Shown: in pieces, positions 1-21,236 of the stretch
How the letters are laid out: each line of letters begins with the position of its first letter
Position numbering within the stretch: position 1 is the stretch's first letter
Assembly (NCBI RefSeq): GCF_902713615.1
Contig: NC_052166.1
Coordinates: forward strand, 11,496,531 to 11,560,530
DNA: 64,000 nt
DNA from: Scyliorhinus canicula
Taxonomy: Eukaryota
Reading direction: 5' to 3'
The notes under the pieces: model-generated
What the model was told of the DNA's origin: nothing
What the model saw: only the letters and a program-made list of their open reading frames with translations
Databases searched by the model: none
Program-made: the position numbers and the translations under genes

Positions 1-1498
1 ATATGAATGGATGTGGAACAGAGAGAAGTAGACCTTGGAAAAAAGGCAACAGGTTTAGTTAAAGGATCTGGATCAGCGCAGACTGGGAGCGCCGAAGGGC
101 CTGTTCCTGTGCTGTAATTTTCTTTGTTCTCTGTTGTACTGATGATTCCAGGGTAGTTTTGGTCCACAAAGAATGTAAATCAGGATAAAAATTCACGTAT
201 GCAAGAATAAGAAAATATTAGCTTGATACGGTTCATTGGAAGTTGGGATAGTTGAAATGCATATGTCCAACCCGGTGTTGGATTAGTCAAGGGTTAAAAC
301 TTCCCTGACACAACGCAGAAGGAATAATTCTGAGATTGTAGAACGAAGAGTAAAAGACAGATGGGTAAATAAAATAGGTTCACGATCATGTTTCTGTTTT
401 AAACAAAAGAACGGTGGTGACAAAATGACGTCTGGTGGAGAACTCTTCCCTTTTCAAACCAGCAGAGAATTGGCCCTTGCTTGTTAATGGATCTGGTATG
501 TCTCTCTTGTGGGGACCATGAATTGAATTCAATTTGAATCGGTTTTTGGAGCAGGCAAGGATCTGAATTAGGGGTTTACCCCTGTCCACACTCTGAGCTC
601 TGCCTTTGGAACTCCGATAAAGTAATAAAAAAAAGCTGAAGATGCATTTTTATTTGGGAATTAGAAACCTTAAGTTTAGAATTGTCAGATATATTCAGAT
701 TAGTTAACCCACTCTGTCCCAAGCAGAATGGGTCTTTTGTGTTTTACTTTACAAATAACTGCACGTGGAACAAGATTTGTAGTGGCTTCGGGAACTGGAG
801 ATAGTGGGATGGGGAGGGGGGGGGGGGGGGAGGATATGGCTTATAGTAAGGTGGCTAACTAAACAGGCAAAAGCACGTCAGGGTCAGGTTCAAGCGCTAC
901 AGAATCAGGCGTGTAACCACGAGGAAAATCAATATGAAAAGGTTGTTAAAATATGAGAACTATTATCTCGATTTTTTAATAAATGTTTTTCTTGGGTTTT
1001 CAAGCATTGTATATTTACAGGTGTACACAAAAAAGAAAAAAGGGAAAAACTGAGAAGACATTTTACACAAGATAAAAACAACAACGCTAAATAGTTAGCG
1101 AAATCACGTGACTCACAAGTAAAGAAAAACATGTAGTGGGTGGGGGAGGGGACTGGGAAGGTATATATAATGGTTCCTTCCATGCTGCTTTCTGGGTCTG
1201 AAATGTAGAGGAGCAGGTCTACTGCATAGAGCGAAACCTCTATGAGGTACTTCCACTTGACTCTGTCGAAGGCCTTTTCTGCGTCCAGGGAGATAATCAA
1301 CTCTGCGTTCTGTCCCATGATGGTGCCATTATCACGTTCAGCAGGCGTCAGATCTTCAAGGCCAGTGCAGTCGCAAATTTTTAACGGAAGTTGGCCGGGA
1401 ACTCTTCTGGTCGGTCTGCCCCATGGAGTTAATACTTTCCATGATCTCACCCAGTGCTAGTGGTGCGTCCAAGCCCTGTTTCCTGTCCTCCCCGATGA
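1..1498. repeat. 3' end of a further upstream duplication unit
   Basis: Matches about 11828-13319 and ends at the same junction, so the array extends left of the window. Confidence 0.9.
968..1498 (-). mobile_element. Internally deleted L1-clade LINE 3' fragment (copies at about 12790-13319, 25375-25867, 37456-38170)
   Basis: RT motifs IISLDAEKAFDRV and a degenerate YADD (LYAVDLLLYISDP); AATAAA/A-rich tail on the minus strand at the left end. Confidence 0.8.
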
Positions 1499-2291
1499 TA
1501 GTTTCAATATAAGCAATCACCATGAGATTAATTAAATTTGGTAATGAACTGTCATTGGAAATGAATGTAATTTGAAAATGAATTGTAGTTAATAATGAAT
1601 TAACTTTTCAATTGAACTGTATTTAATAATGAATTTGGTAATATTGAGTCATGTATTTTGATTAGAGTCGGACCTTGATTGACCGACAGGTGACTGGAGA
1701 TGCCAGGCAGGTATTGGTTCGAGTCTGTGATTCACCACGCTGTGCGTTCAGGATCAAGAGGTTGGATATGTGGCCATCTAAAATGGCCGACTGTAGTGGA
1801 TGATGGAAAATGTGGTCAGCTTTGGGACACAGACAAGCTGCAGCTTATGGATCTTCAAACAACCACTCAGACATATGCAGGAACTGACACCTGCAAATGG
1901 CCATTCAAGGCGATTAAAGAAACAATGGGACCGTCACATTATCTTCCAGATGAGACGGCACCAAGCTCCTGGTCGGAGCCGCCCAGGATTGACCATTGAG
2001 TACCCACCCCAAAAGTGATGTGGCAGCCACTGACTGGATGTGAACAATCAGAGGATGGCGCCCTGAGGAATTCATTGACAGGGAACCAGAAAACGCCCTC
2101 AAAAGGGGCAGGGAAAACTCAAGCCAGTTAAAAGACTGATTTCTGTCTCTTTTGGACCAGCTCTGGACCACCAAATGCAGCACAGCTCCGGATATCAGCC
2201 ACGTTTAAGAACCCGCGACAACTACCGAAAGACGACCATCCAACACAGTCAACCCACTCGACCTCTAGCAGCACACGTGAGGAAATGGATA

Positions 2292-2800
2292 AGAACAAAG
2301 AACAAAGAAAATTACAGCACAGGAACAGGCCCTTCGGCCCTCCCAGCCTGCGCCGATCCAGATCCTTTATCTAAACCTGTCTCCTATTTTCCAAGGTCTA
2401 CTTCCCTCTGTTCCCGCCCATTCATATACCTGTCTAGATGCTTCTTAAATGATGCTATCGTGCCTGCCTCTACCACCTCCGCTGGTAAAGCGTTCCAGCA
2501 CCCACCACCCTCTGCGTAAAAAACTTTCCACGCACATCTCCCTTAAACTTTCCCCATCTCACCTTGAAATCGTGACCCCTTGTAACTGACACCCCCACTC
2601 TTGGGACAAGCTTGTTGCTATCCACCCTGTCCATACGTCTCATAATTTTGTAGACCTCAATCAGGCCCCTCCTCAACCTCCGTCTTTCCAACGAAAACAG
2701 TCCTAATCTACTCAACCTTTCTTCATAGCTAGCACCCTCCATAGCAGGCAACATCCTGGTGAACCTCCTCTGCACCCTCTCCAAGGCATCCACATCCTTC
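2292..2800 (-). mobile_element. 5'-truncated CR1 LINE (copies at 14112-14620 + 14970-15322, and 26660-27168)
   Basis: Translation LERVQRRFTRMLP...LFSLERRRLR...FFTQRVV, with a TTCTTTG-repeat tail. Confidence 0.9.
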
Positions 2801-2801
2801 T

Positions 2802-3135
2802 GGGGAGCACGGTAGCATGGTGGTTAGCACAACTGCTTCACAGCTCCAGGGTCCCAGGTTCGATTCCCGGCTGGGTCACTGTCTGTGCGGAGTCTGCACG
2901 TTCTCCCCGTGTGTGCGTGGGTTTCCTCCGGGTGCTCCGGTTTCCTCCCACAGTCCAAGGATGTGCAGGTTAGGTGGATTGGCCATTGTAAATTGCCCTT
3001 AGTGTCCAAAATTGCCCTAAGTGTTGGATGGGGTTACTGGGTTATGGGGATAGGGTGGAGGCGTGGGCTTGGATAGGGTGCTCTTTCAAAGAGCCGTGCA
3101 GACTCGATGGGCCGTTTCTGCACTGGAAATTCGAA
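2802..3135 (+). mobile_element. tRNA-derived V-SINE (HE1-like); equivalents at 15339-15672 and 27170-27503
   Basis: Pol III A/B boxes (TAGCATGGTGG, GGTTCGATTCC), V-domain GGGTTTCCTCCGGGTGCTCCGGTTTCCTCCCAC, CR1-like tail. Confidence 0.9.
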
Positions 3136-3828
3136 TTGGTAAAAAAATTGGTTAAGTCAAGGTCGTTCAAATTGACAGTCATAGTCTTAGAGTATATGAG
3201 CGGGTGATTTCTTAAGTATATACTAAAATTGTGACCAATAAATAGATTGTGATTGAACTGAATACACGGGGTACACACTCACACTGTGGTTACAAAGAGC
3301 TCTGATAGATTTCTGATTTAATGGATGGTGAGTGATACATGGAATCGAATGCATACTGATACATTGGATGATACCCGAAGGATGGAGTATTGCAGATTCT
3401 GATATAATTGATGATGCCTAATTGATGGGGTGTGATAGGTTCCGGTTTAATAGATTGTGTCTGTTGGATGGGCTCTGATATTTACTGGTTTATCGGATGG
3501 TGTATGACGAATGCACTCCGATAGTTATTAATTTATTAATTTTAGAAATGGAATTCAGGTGACAGCGAGTCAAATAGATAAGTCTCTGATTGATCTGGGC
3601 TGGCCTGATATATCGGGTCTGACAGGCGACGTCTGTTCAGCGGGAAGGTTTGAACTGGGTTTAACTGATCGGGACTAAATGTCGAGTCTCTGGTGGATGG
3701 GATTTCATTATCTGGACTCAGTGCGATGTTTTGGCGACTGACAGAAGAGGCCCGTCTCGCTTGTTGTCCAAAGCTCCTCTCATGGTCGACTGTGACCACC
3801 ACATGGTTCCTCCTTGTACAGATTCCAA

Positions 3829-3948
3829 CCAATCAGCGGCGCGAACCGGCGTTCCATTTTATGTTACCGTTTCCACGAGCAACCACGTCGCATTGTTCTC
3901 GCTGTCCAATCGGAACTCGTGTTTGCTTCACAGAATTCGGTATAAATA
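3829..3948 (+). promoter_or_regulatory. Tubulin copy 1 core promoter (two CCAAT boxes + TATA)
   Basis: CCAAT at 3829-3833 and 3906-3910; TATAAATA at 3941-3948, about 60 bp upstream of the ATG. The arrangement is conserved in all four copies. Confidence 0.8.
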
Positions 3949-4005
3949 GCGCGAGCGGGAAGACACGCAACACATTGAGAGGAGCTGTGAATATAACAGG
4001 AAATT

Positions 4006-8126
<4,121 letters not shown>

Positions 8127-8196
8127 GATCCATTCATTTAGAAATCGTAATGGTTTAACTTAAATTCACATTGGTATTATAAAGTTTATTTAAGAC

Positions 8197-8202
8197 AATA
8201 AA
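8197..8202 (+). terminator. Poly(A) signal of tubulin copy 1 (equivalents at 20758-20763, 32804-32809, 50745-50750)
   Basis: AATAAA lies 70 bp after the stop codon, and this block is conserved in the diverged copy 4 3' UTR. Confidence 0.7.
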
Positions 8203-8675
8203 GTATTTAAATTTTCTTTGGAATACTCTCATTATTTGTCTCCGTAACCGGCCGGGCTTGCAAATCGGGATCTGAAGAGAAATATTTGAAGGTACAACAG
8301 TTTCAATGGACACAGAAAGTAGGTCAAATGCAACAAGCTCCACAGGGCGCAGGCCGAGAGTCACAGAGCAATTCAATTATCGAAACACTGTCCTCTGGAA
8401 TAGGTGGATCGAAAGTATAAGGGGTTTCATTGATTTGTGCCTGAGTTAGTGGCCTCTGTTGGTTTCGGGTTACGAGCAGGAATGCGACTGAGTTCTGAAC
8501 AAGCTGGTTATTCGTGATTTGTATTTTTTTGGCCGGTGAGATTGTATTCGCATTTGGAACTTGCTGGAAAGTTTAACGTTTACAATCGTTTGCAATTACT
8601 TTGTAGTTGCGCTATCGCACTAGTCAAATGTTCGCATATGTCGACCAAATATGATACTGAATCCTGGGAGGCTGG

Positions 8676-9461
8676 TGTTGAAGTCAGATTTAGGAAGAAG
8701 ATTTTGGATAAAGGTACCCTGACTTCGATGCCTGTATAAGAGGCATCTTGTATGAATAGATAGTGTATAAACAATGCATGTGATTTTATAACCTAAGAAT
8801 TACTAATATTAGAAAGGGCAGATACACAATTAAAGTAAGTTGCACAAAATGACTGTCAGCTGAGTTAGCAATTCTAAAGACACAAAATGGCCTTTAGCTG
8901 AATTAGCCACATTCCTGAGCAACTATTAGCCGGGTCAAGTAGTAAACTGGTATAAATGACAGCATTTAATTACAGACAGCAGAGATAGCCAGTGAGACAA
9001 AGAAGATTGATATTAAACCATTGAATGGGAAACAGACATGGGAGATTCTAGGGAAGCAAGGGAGACATGCACAGAGAAATACAAGGAGCATTGTTCATTC
9101 TCGCCAGCCCATGGTCGCCGACGCAGTCAGGAGGGATAACTTTACAGTTAGTATGAGTGACTTCTTCATTCAGTCAGGAGCTGGTTAAGGTACCAACCCA
9201 CGTTGCATAATGTCAACTTTAATTGGATATATAACTAATGTATCTAATCTATAATCAATAACATTGGACAAGGTTAAGCTGAAATGGGCTGTGTAGCTGT
9301 TTAGAAAAATGTACAAGAATGGATGTTTTCCTTTGTTCGGTGGAGAGATGGTCTGAGACTTTACCAGACGCCATCTCCCCGCCGGCGAAATAAACCATTT
9401 GATGCGAGGACCAGCAGCCCTGGGCGCTGGGTGATTTCTTTGAGATCCTCTCCCGCTAACA
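8676..9461 (+). mobile_element. Endogenous retrovirus 5' LTR (786 bp), unit A
   Basis: TGTTG...TAACA termini and AATAAA at 9389-9394. Begins where similarity to the copy 4 3' flank (CCTGGGAGGCTG, about 51196-51207) ends, and is followed by a PBS. Confidence 0.8.
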
Positions 9462-9464
9462 GTT

Positions 9465-9482
9465 TGGTGCAGTGATTCGGAT
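9465..9482 (+). promoter_or_regulatory. Primer-binding site, tRNA-His type (also 22026-22043, 34072-34089)
   Basis: TGGTGCAGTGATTCGGAT is a 16/18 match to TGGTGCCGTGACTCGGAT, the complement of the vertebrate tRNA-His 3' end; it starts 3 nt after the LTR CA. Confidence 0.8.
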
Positions 9483-11185
9483 TCTTCCGTCGACCGATAT
9501 CGTCAGAGACCCGGGTGAGTAAATTTACTCATTATAAATATAAACTTATCCCGGGGACTGGACAGAATTTGGCGGCTAACGAATTCCGAACCTGTGAACA
9601 GGGTCTGACCAGCAGTCAAACGGCTGTGGGTAGCTAAGGTAGGCGTTATCTGGTATTGTCTGAAAGTGCTTAGAGGTGTGGAAAATGTAAGTGACTGACT
9701 TGTGATCCGATAAAAAGCCAAGAGATGTGTCGACTACAAGTTACACTCCAGCAAAAGCCGACCTCTGAGAGTAATTTCCTGATGGGTCTAGTCCCAGGAA
9801 ATCATGACAAGTAAAACGATAGAGCTCGAGTGGGTACAACAGTGGTCCCCTGTGTGTCATCTGGAAACCAGAACAAAAGTTTATCGATAAGATGATTAAA
9901 TCCAATTTGAACTTTATTGAATGGTGAGGTTTCATGCAAGGGTGACGCCCCGAATTCACACAAAGTTTAGATCTTCAATCACTATTTAGATTAAAAATAC
10001 ATCTCAAATAAAAAGAAAAGGAATAAAATCAAATAAAACTAAATCCAAAATACAGACCTCGGGTTCATTGAGAAATGAGGAGGGGAAGGTACAACGTCCC
10101 TTTTCCTCCCCCTGAAGTATTGTAAACCAATTGATCAAATTTGGAAGACACACTGCTGCACAGTAAAAAGGGCTGGAACGCTCAATAAGCTTTTTTATTC
10201 AGAAATATCCGGGGATGACAGATCCACCGAGCCGCGTGCTGTACACCGAAGATGACCCCACCCCCCCTCCCCCGCTCTACAAGAAAAATGAGTAAAGTAA
10301 ATATAAGATTAAAGTTAGAATCGTCACAACTGGGGTTCTGTCTAAAAGAAATTCAGACTGTTTCAAATTTTTAAGATCAGATTTGAGTTTCAGATTAAGC
10401 CATTCAAGCCGTCCTGGCCAGTGCCTCCAAGATAAACTGGGCAGGAATCCAATTCATTTGAGAAAAAAAAACGATAAGGTTTCTTTCAAATACTGGGTAA
10501 GTAGAGAACATTGGAAATTGATTTCAGTTCAAAGAACAAGAAAAAAACTTGCGTAAAATTAAAGAAAATAACAAAATAAGTTTTAGATTATGTGAAGGGA
10601 CGCAATTGCGTTCCAAGTTCTCCGTCCACTGTCCAACCCTTTCGGTTTTGGAGAGAAATTAAACATTTCAGCAGACAGTTGATCTGTTCTAAATTGTCCC
10701 CAAAAAATATACGTCTCTGAGACTAGCGAATGCCTATAAAATCAATCATTGGAAATTGACATCAATGGAATACAATAAATATTTTTTTACGAGGAAGGCC
10801 AATGGAAGATCTTGTTCATTATTTGAATTAAGCGATTGTGAAATTGCTGTCTCTTTGACAATCTGTAGCCATGAGAGAAAGCGAACAGTTAACTATGATA
10901 TTTGCGAGCTGTGAGAATGTGTGTGTTTGGTTTGTGGCTGTTCATATATCTCTGTAACATTTATCTTCTGAGAAGTTACCTTGAGTTTACAAGGACGTGT
11001 ACCTAATTAATTTTGGTCAAAGCACTGAAGCAGGTTCCTTTGTGAGTGTGGTGATATTTGTGTGTCGTCTGATATTGTGATTTCGAGATCATAGTTTGAG
11101 TAGTTTAAGTCAAACCGATAACAAACTGAAATGTAATTAACAAATCTTTCACTTCGACCGTTAGGACCCAAGATCCATGTTTACT

Positions 11186-11964
11186 TATGCATTTTTGAAG
11201 ATCAAATTCAAGAGCGGACGAGATGGTCAATGGAAGAGTCCTAGGGAAAATTGGTGTACAGAGAGATCTGGGAGTTCAGGTCCATTATACCCTGAAGGTG
11301 GAAACACAGGTCGATAGAGTGGTCAAGAAGGCATACAGCATGCTTGCCTTCATCAGACGGGGTATTGAGTACAAGAGTCGGCAGGTCATGATACAGTTGT
11401 ATGGGACTTTGGTTAGGCCACATTTAGAATACTGCGTGCAGTTCTGGTCGCCACATTACCAGAAGGATGTGGATGCTTTAGAGAGGGTGCAGAGCAGGTT
11501 CACCAGGATGTTGCCTGGTATGGAGGGTGCTAGCTATGAAGAAAGGTTGAGTAGATTAGGATTGTTTTCATTGGAAAGACGGAGGTTGAGGAGATTGAGG
11601 TCTACAAAAGTATGAGAGGTAGGGACAGGGAGGATAGCAACAAGCTTTTTCCAAGAGTGGGGCTGTCAATTAAAAGAGGTCACGATTTCAAGGTGACAGG
11701 GGAAAAGTTTAAGGGAGATGTGCGTGGAAAGATTTTTACGCAGAGGGTGGTGGGTGCTGGAATGCTTTGCCAGCGCAGGTGGTAGAGGCGGGTACGATAG
11801 CATCATTTAAGATGCATCTGGACAGATATATGAATGGATGTGGAACAGAGAGAAGTAGACCTTGGAAAAAAGGCAACAGGTTTAGTTAAAGGATCTGGAT
11901 CAGCGCAGACTGGGAGCGCCGAAGGGCCTGTTCCTGTGCTGTAATTTTCTTTGTTCTCTGTTGT
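11186..11964 (+). mobile_element. 5'-truncated CR1 LINE (copies at 23765-24542, 35821-36606; tail at 1-137)
   Basis: CR1 ORF2 C-terminal motifs LVRPHLEYCVQFWSPH and LERVQSRFTRMLPG, then a GAAGGGCCTG...CTGTAA 3' tail. Confidence 0.9.
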
Positions 11965-14621
11965 ACTGATGATTCCAGGGTATTTTTGGTGCACAAAGAA
12001 TGTAAATCAGGATAAAAATTCACGTATGCAAGAATAAGAAAATATTAGCTTGATACGGTTCATTGGAAGTTGGGATAGTTGAAATGCAAATGTCCAACCC
12101 GGTGTTGGATTAGTCAAGGGTTAAAACTTCCCTGACACAACGCAGAAGGAATAATTCTGAGATTGCAGAACGAAGAGTAAAAGACAGATGGGTAAATAAA
12201 ATAGGTTCACGATCATGTTTCTGTTTTAAACAAAAGAACGGTGGTGACAAAATGACGTCTGTTGGAGAACTCTTCCCTTTTCAAACCAGCAGAGAATTGG
12301 CCCTTGCTTGTTAATGGATCTGGTATGTCTCTCTTGTGGGGACCATGAATTGAATTCAATTTGAATCGGTTTTTGGAGCAGGCAAGGAGCTGAATTAGGG
12401 GTATTCCCCTGTCCACACTCTGAGCTCTGCCTTTGGAACTCCGATAAAGTAATAAAAAAAAGCTGAAGATGCATTTTTATTTGGGAATTAGAAACCTTAA
12501 GTTTAGAATTGTCAGATATATTCAGATTAGTTAACCCACTCTGTCCCAAGCAGAATGGGTCATTTGTGTTTTACTTTACAAATAACTCCACGTGGAACAA
12601 GATTTGTAGTGGCTTCAGGAACTGGAGATAGTGGGAAGGGGGGGGGGGGGGAGGATATGGCTTATAGTAAGGTGGCTAACTAAACAGGCAAAAGCACGTC
12701 AGGGTCAGGTTCAAGCGCTACAGAATCAGGCGTGTAACCACGAGGAAAATCGATATGAAAAGGTTGTTAAAATATGAGAACTATTATCTCGATTTTTTTA
12801 TAAATGTTTTTATTGGGTTTTCAAGCATTGTATATTTACAGGTGTACACAAAAAAGAAAAAAGGGAAAAACTGAGAAGACATTTTACACAAGATAAAAAC
12901 AACAACGCTAAATAGTTAGCGAAATCACGTGACTCACAAGTAAAGAAAAACATGTAGTGGGTGGGGGAGGGGACTGGGAAGGTATATATAATGGTTCCTT
13001 CCATGCTGCTTTCTGGGTCTGAAATGTAGAGGAGCAGGTCTACTGCATAGAGCGAGACCTCTATGAGGTACTTCCACTTGACTCTCTCGAAGGCCTTTTC
13101 TGCGTCCAGGGAGATAATCAACTCTGCGTTCTGTCCCATGATGGGGCCATTATCACGTTCAGCAGGCGTCAGATCTTCAAGGCCAGTGCAGTCACAAATT
13201 TATAACGGAAGTTGGCCGGGAACTCTTCTGGTCGGTCTGCCCCATGGAGTTAATACTTTCCATGATCTCACCCAGTGCTAGTGGTGCGTCCAAGCCCTGT
13301 TTCCTGTCCTCCCCGATGATAGTTTCAATATAAGCAATCACCATGAGATTAATTAAATTTGGTAATGAACTGTCATTGGAAATGAATGTAATTTGAAAAT
13401 GAATTGTAGTTAATAATGAATTAACTTTTCAATTGAACTGTATTTAATAATGAATTTGGTAATATTGAGTCATGTATTTTGATTAGAGTCGGACCTTGAT
13501 TGACCGACAGGTGACTGGAGATGCCAGGCAGGTATTGGTTCGAGTCTGTGATTCACCACGCTGTGCGTTCAGGATCAAGAGGTTGGATATGTGGCCATCT
13601 AAAATGGCCGACTGTAGTGGATGATGGAAAATGTGGTCAGCTTTGGGACACAGACAAGCTGCAGCTTATGGATCTTCAAACAACCACTCAGACATATGCA
13701 GGAACTGACACCTGCAAATGGCCATTCAAGGCGATTAAAGAAACAATGGGACCGTCACATTATCTTCCAGATGAGACGGCACCAAGCTCCTGGTCGGAGC
13801 CGCCCAGGATTGACCATTGAGTACCCACCCCAAAAGTGATGTGGCAGCCACTGACTGGATGTGAACAATCAGAGGATGGCGCCCTGGGAATTCATTGACA
13901 GGGAACCAGAAAACGCCCTCAAAAGGGGCAGGGAAAACTCAAGCCAGTTAAAAGACTGATTTCTGTCTCTTTTGGACCGGCTCTAGACCACCAAATGCAG
14001 CACAGCTCCGGACATCAGCCACGTTTAAGGACCCGCGACAACTACCGAAAGACGACCATCCAACACAGTCAACCCACTCGACCTCTAGCAGCACACGTGA
14101 GGAAATGGATAAGAACAAAGAACAAAGAAAATTACAGCACAGGAACAGGCCCTTCGGCCCTCCCAGCCTGCGCCGATCCAGATCCTTTATCTAAACCTGT
14201 CTCCTATTTTCCAAGGTCTACTTCCCTCTGTTCCCGCCCATTCATATACCTGTCTAGATGCTTCTTAAATGATGCTATCGTGCCTGCCTCTACCACCTCC
14301 GCTGGTAAAGCGTTCCAGCACCCACCACCCTCTGCGTAAAAAACTTTCCACGCACATCTCCCTTAAACTTTCCCCCTCTCACCTTGAAATCGTGACCCCT
14401 TGTAACTGACACCCCCACTCTTGGGACAAGCTTGTTGCTATCCACCCTGTCCATACGTCTCAGAATTTTGTAGACCTCAATCAGGTCCCCCCTCAACCTC
14501 CGTCTTTCCAACGAAAACAATCCTAATCTACTCAACCTTTCTTCATAGCTAGCACCCTCCATACCAGGCAACATCCTGGTGAACCTCCTCTGCACCCTCT
14601 CCAAGGCATCCACATCCTTCT

Positions 14622-14968
14622 GGGGAGCATGGTAGCATGGTGGTTAGCATAAATGCTTCACAGGTCCAGGGTCCCAGGTTCGATTCCCGGCTGGGTCACT
14701 GTCTGTGCGGAGTCTGCACGTCCTCCCCGTGTGTGCGTGGGTTCCCTCCGCGTGCTCCGGTTTCCTCCCACAGTCCAAAGATGTGCGGGTTAGGTGGATT
14801 GGCCATGATAAATTGCCCGTAGTGTCCTAAAAAGTAAGGTTAAGGAGGGGGGGGTTGTTGGGTTACGGGTATAGGGTGGATATGTGGGTTTGAGTAGGGT
14901 GATCATTGCTCGGCACAACATCGAGGGCCAAAGGGCCTGTTCTGTGCTGTACTGTTCTATGTTCTATG
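14622..14968 (+). mobile_element. V-SINE present only in unit B
   Basis: Full-length, with a (TTCTATG)n tail, inserted into the minus-strand CR1. Confidence 0.9.
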
Positions 14969-16387
14969 TTAATGTGGCGACCAGAACTGTACGCAGTATT
15001 CCAAATGTGGCCGAACAAAAGTCCTATACAACTGTAACATGACCTGCCAACTCTTGTAGTTAATACCCCGTCCGATGAAGGCAAGCATGCTGTATGCCTT
15101 CTTGACCACCCTATCGACCTGCGTTGCCAACTTCAGGGTACAATGGACCTGAACTCCCAGATCTCTCTGCACATCAATTTTCCCCAAGACCCTTCCATTG
15201 ACCATATAGATCTTGAATTTGATCTTCCAAAATGCATCACCTCGCATTTGCCTGGATTGAACTCGATCTGCCATTTCTCTGCCCAACTCTCCAATCTATC
15301 TATATTTTGTTGTATTCTCTGCACCGAGCCGGCCATTTGGGCAGCACGGTAGCATGGTGGTTAGCACAACTGCTTCACAGCTCCAGGGTCCCAGGTTCGA
15401 TTCCCGGCTGGGTCACTGTCTGTGCGGAGTCTGCACGTTCTCCCCGTGTGTGCGTGGGTTTCCTCCGGGTGCTCCGGTTTCCTCCCACAGTCCAAGGATG
15501 TGCAGGTTAGGTGGATTGGCCATTGTAAATTGCCCTTAGTGTCCAAAATTGCCCTTAGTGTTGGATGGGGTTACTGGGTTATGGGGATAGGGTGGAGGCG
15601 TGGGCTTGGATAGGGTGCTCTTTCAAAGAGCCGTGCAGACTCGATGGGCCGTTTCTGCACTGTAAATTCAAATTGGTAAAAAAATTGGTTAAGTCAAGGT
15701 CGTTCAAATTGACAGTCAAAGTCTTAGAGTATATGAGCGGGTGATTTCTTAAGTATATACTAACATTGTGACCAATAAATAGATTGTGATTGAACTGAAT
15801 ACGTGTGTGATCACCTTCCGATACACGGGGTACACACACACACTGTGGTTACAAAGAGCTCTGATAGATTTCTGATTTAATGGATGGTGAGTGATACATG
15901 GAATCGAATGCATACTGATACATTGGATGATACCCGAAGGATGGAGTATTGCAGATTCTTATATAATTGATGATGCCTAATTGATGGGGTCTGATAGGTT
16001 CCGGTTTAATAGATTGTGTCTGTTGGATGGGCTCTGATATTTACTGGTTTATCGGATGGTGTCTGATGAATGCACTCCGATAGTTATTAATTTATTAATT
16101 TTAGAAATGGAATTCAGGTGACAGCGAGTCAAATAGATAAGTGTCTGATTGATCTGGGCTGGCCTGATATATCGGGTCTGACAGGCGACGTCTGTTCAGC
16201 GGGAAGGTTTGAAATGGGTTTAACTGATCGGGACTAAATGTCGAGTCTCTCGTGGATGGGGTTTCATTATCTGGACTCAATGCGATGTTTTGGCGACTGA
16301 CAGAAGAGGCCAGTCTCGCTTGTTGTCCAAAGCTCCTCTCATGGTCGACTGTGACCACCACATGGTTCCTCCTTGTACAGATTCCAA

Positions 16388-16507
16388 CCAATCAGCGGCG
16401 CGAACCGGCGTTCCATTTTATGTTACCGTTTCCCCGAGCAACCACGTCGCATTGTTCTCGCTGTCCAATCGGAACTCGTGTTTGCTTCACAGAATTCGGT
16501 ATAAATC
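16388..16507 (+). promoter_or_regulatory. Tubulin copy 2 core promoter (TATA variant TATAAATC)
   Basis: Homologous to the copy 1 promoter; the TATA box at 16500-16507 has an A>C change at position 8. Confidence 0.7.
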
Positions 16508-16564
16508 GCGCGAGCGGGAAGACACGCAACATATTGAGAGGAGCTGTGAATATAACAGGAAATT

Positions 16565-20687
<4,123 letters not shown>

Positions 20688-21236
20688 GATCCATTCATTT
20701 AGAAATCGTAATGGTTTAACTTAAATTCACATTGGTATTATAAAGTTTATTTAAGACAATAAAGTATTTAAATTTTCTTTGGAATACTCTCATTATTTGT
20801 CTCCGTAACCGGCCGGGCTTGCAAATCGGGATCTGAAGAGAAATATTTGAAGGTACAACAGTTTCAATGGACACAGAAAGTAGGTCAAATGCAACAAGCT
20901 CCACAGGGCGCAGGCCGAGAGTCACAGAGCAATTCAATTATCGAAACACTGTCCTCTGGAATAGGTGGATCGAAAGTATAAAGGGTTTCATTGATTTGTG
21001 CCTGAGTTAGTGGCCTCTGTTGGTTTCGGGTTACGAGCAGGAATGCGACTGAGTTCTGAACAAGCTGGTTATTCGTGATTTGTATTTTTTTGGCCAGTGA
21101 GATTGTATTCGCATTTGGAACTTGCTGGAAAGTTTAACGTTTACAATCGTTTGCAATTACTTTGTAGTTGCGCTATCGCACTAGTCAAATGTTCGCATAT
21201 GTCGACCAAATATGATACTGAATCCTGGGAGGCTGG

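Larger units (their letters stand above)
9462..12790 (+). mobile_element. Decayed ERV internal region (leader, possibly gag), interrupted by a CR1; repeated at about 22023-25375, 34069-37455 and 138-968
   Basis: Follows the PBS and has a splice-donor-like GG|GTGAGT at 9515. There is no intact ORF, and the extent is inferred. Confidence 0.45.

Noticed and set aside
1700-1999. 99-aa ORF repeated three times
   Set aside because: The repetition is explained by the recent duplication. It has no recognisable domain or splice context and may be a decayed repeat.
2802-2875. tRNA-like A/B boxes
   Set aside because: These are SINE heads followed by a V-domain, not tRNA genes.
3300-3640. Degenerate CTGAT/GATGG-rich periodicity upstream of the tubulin promoters
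   Set aside because: No consistent unit could be defined by eye.
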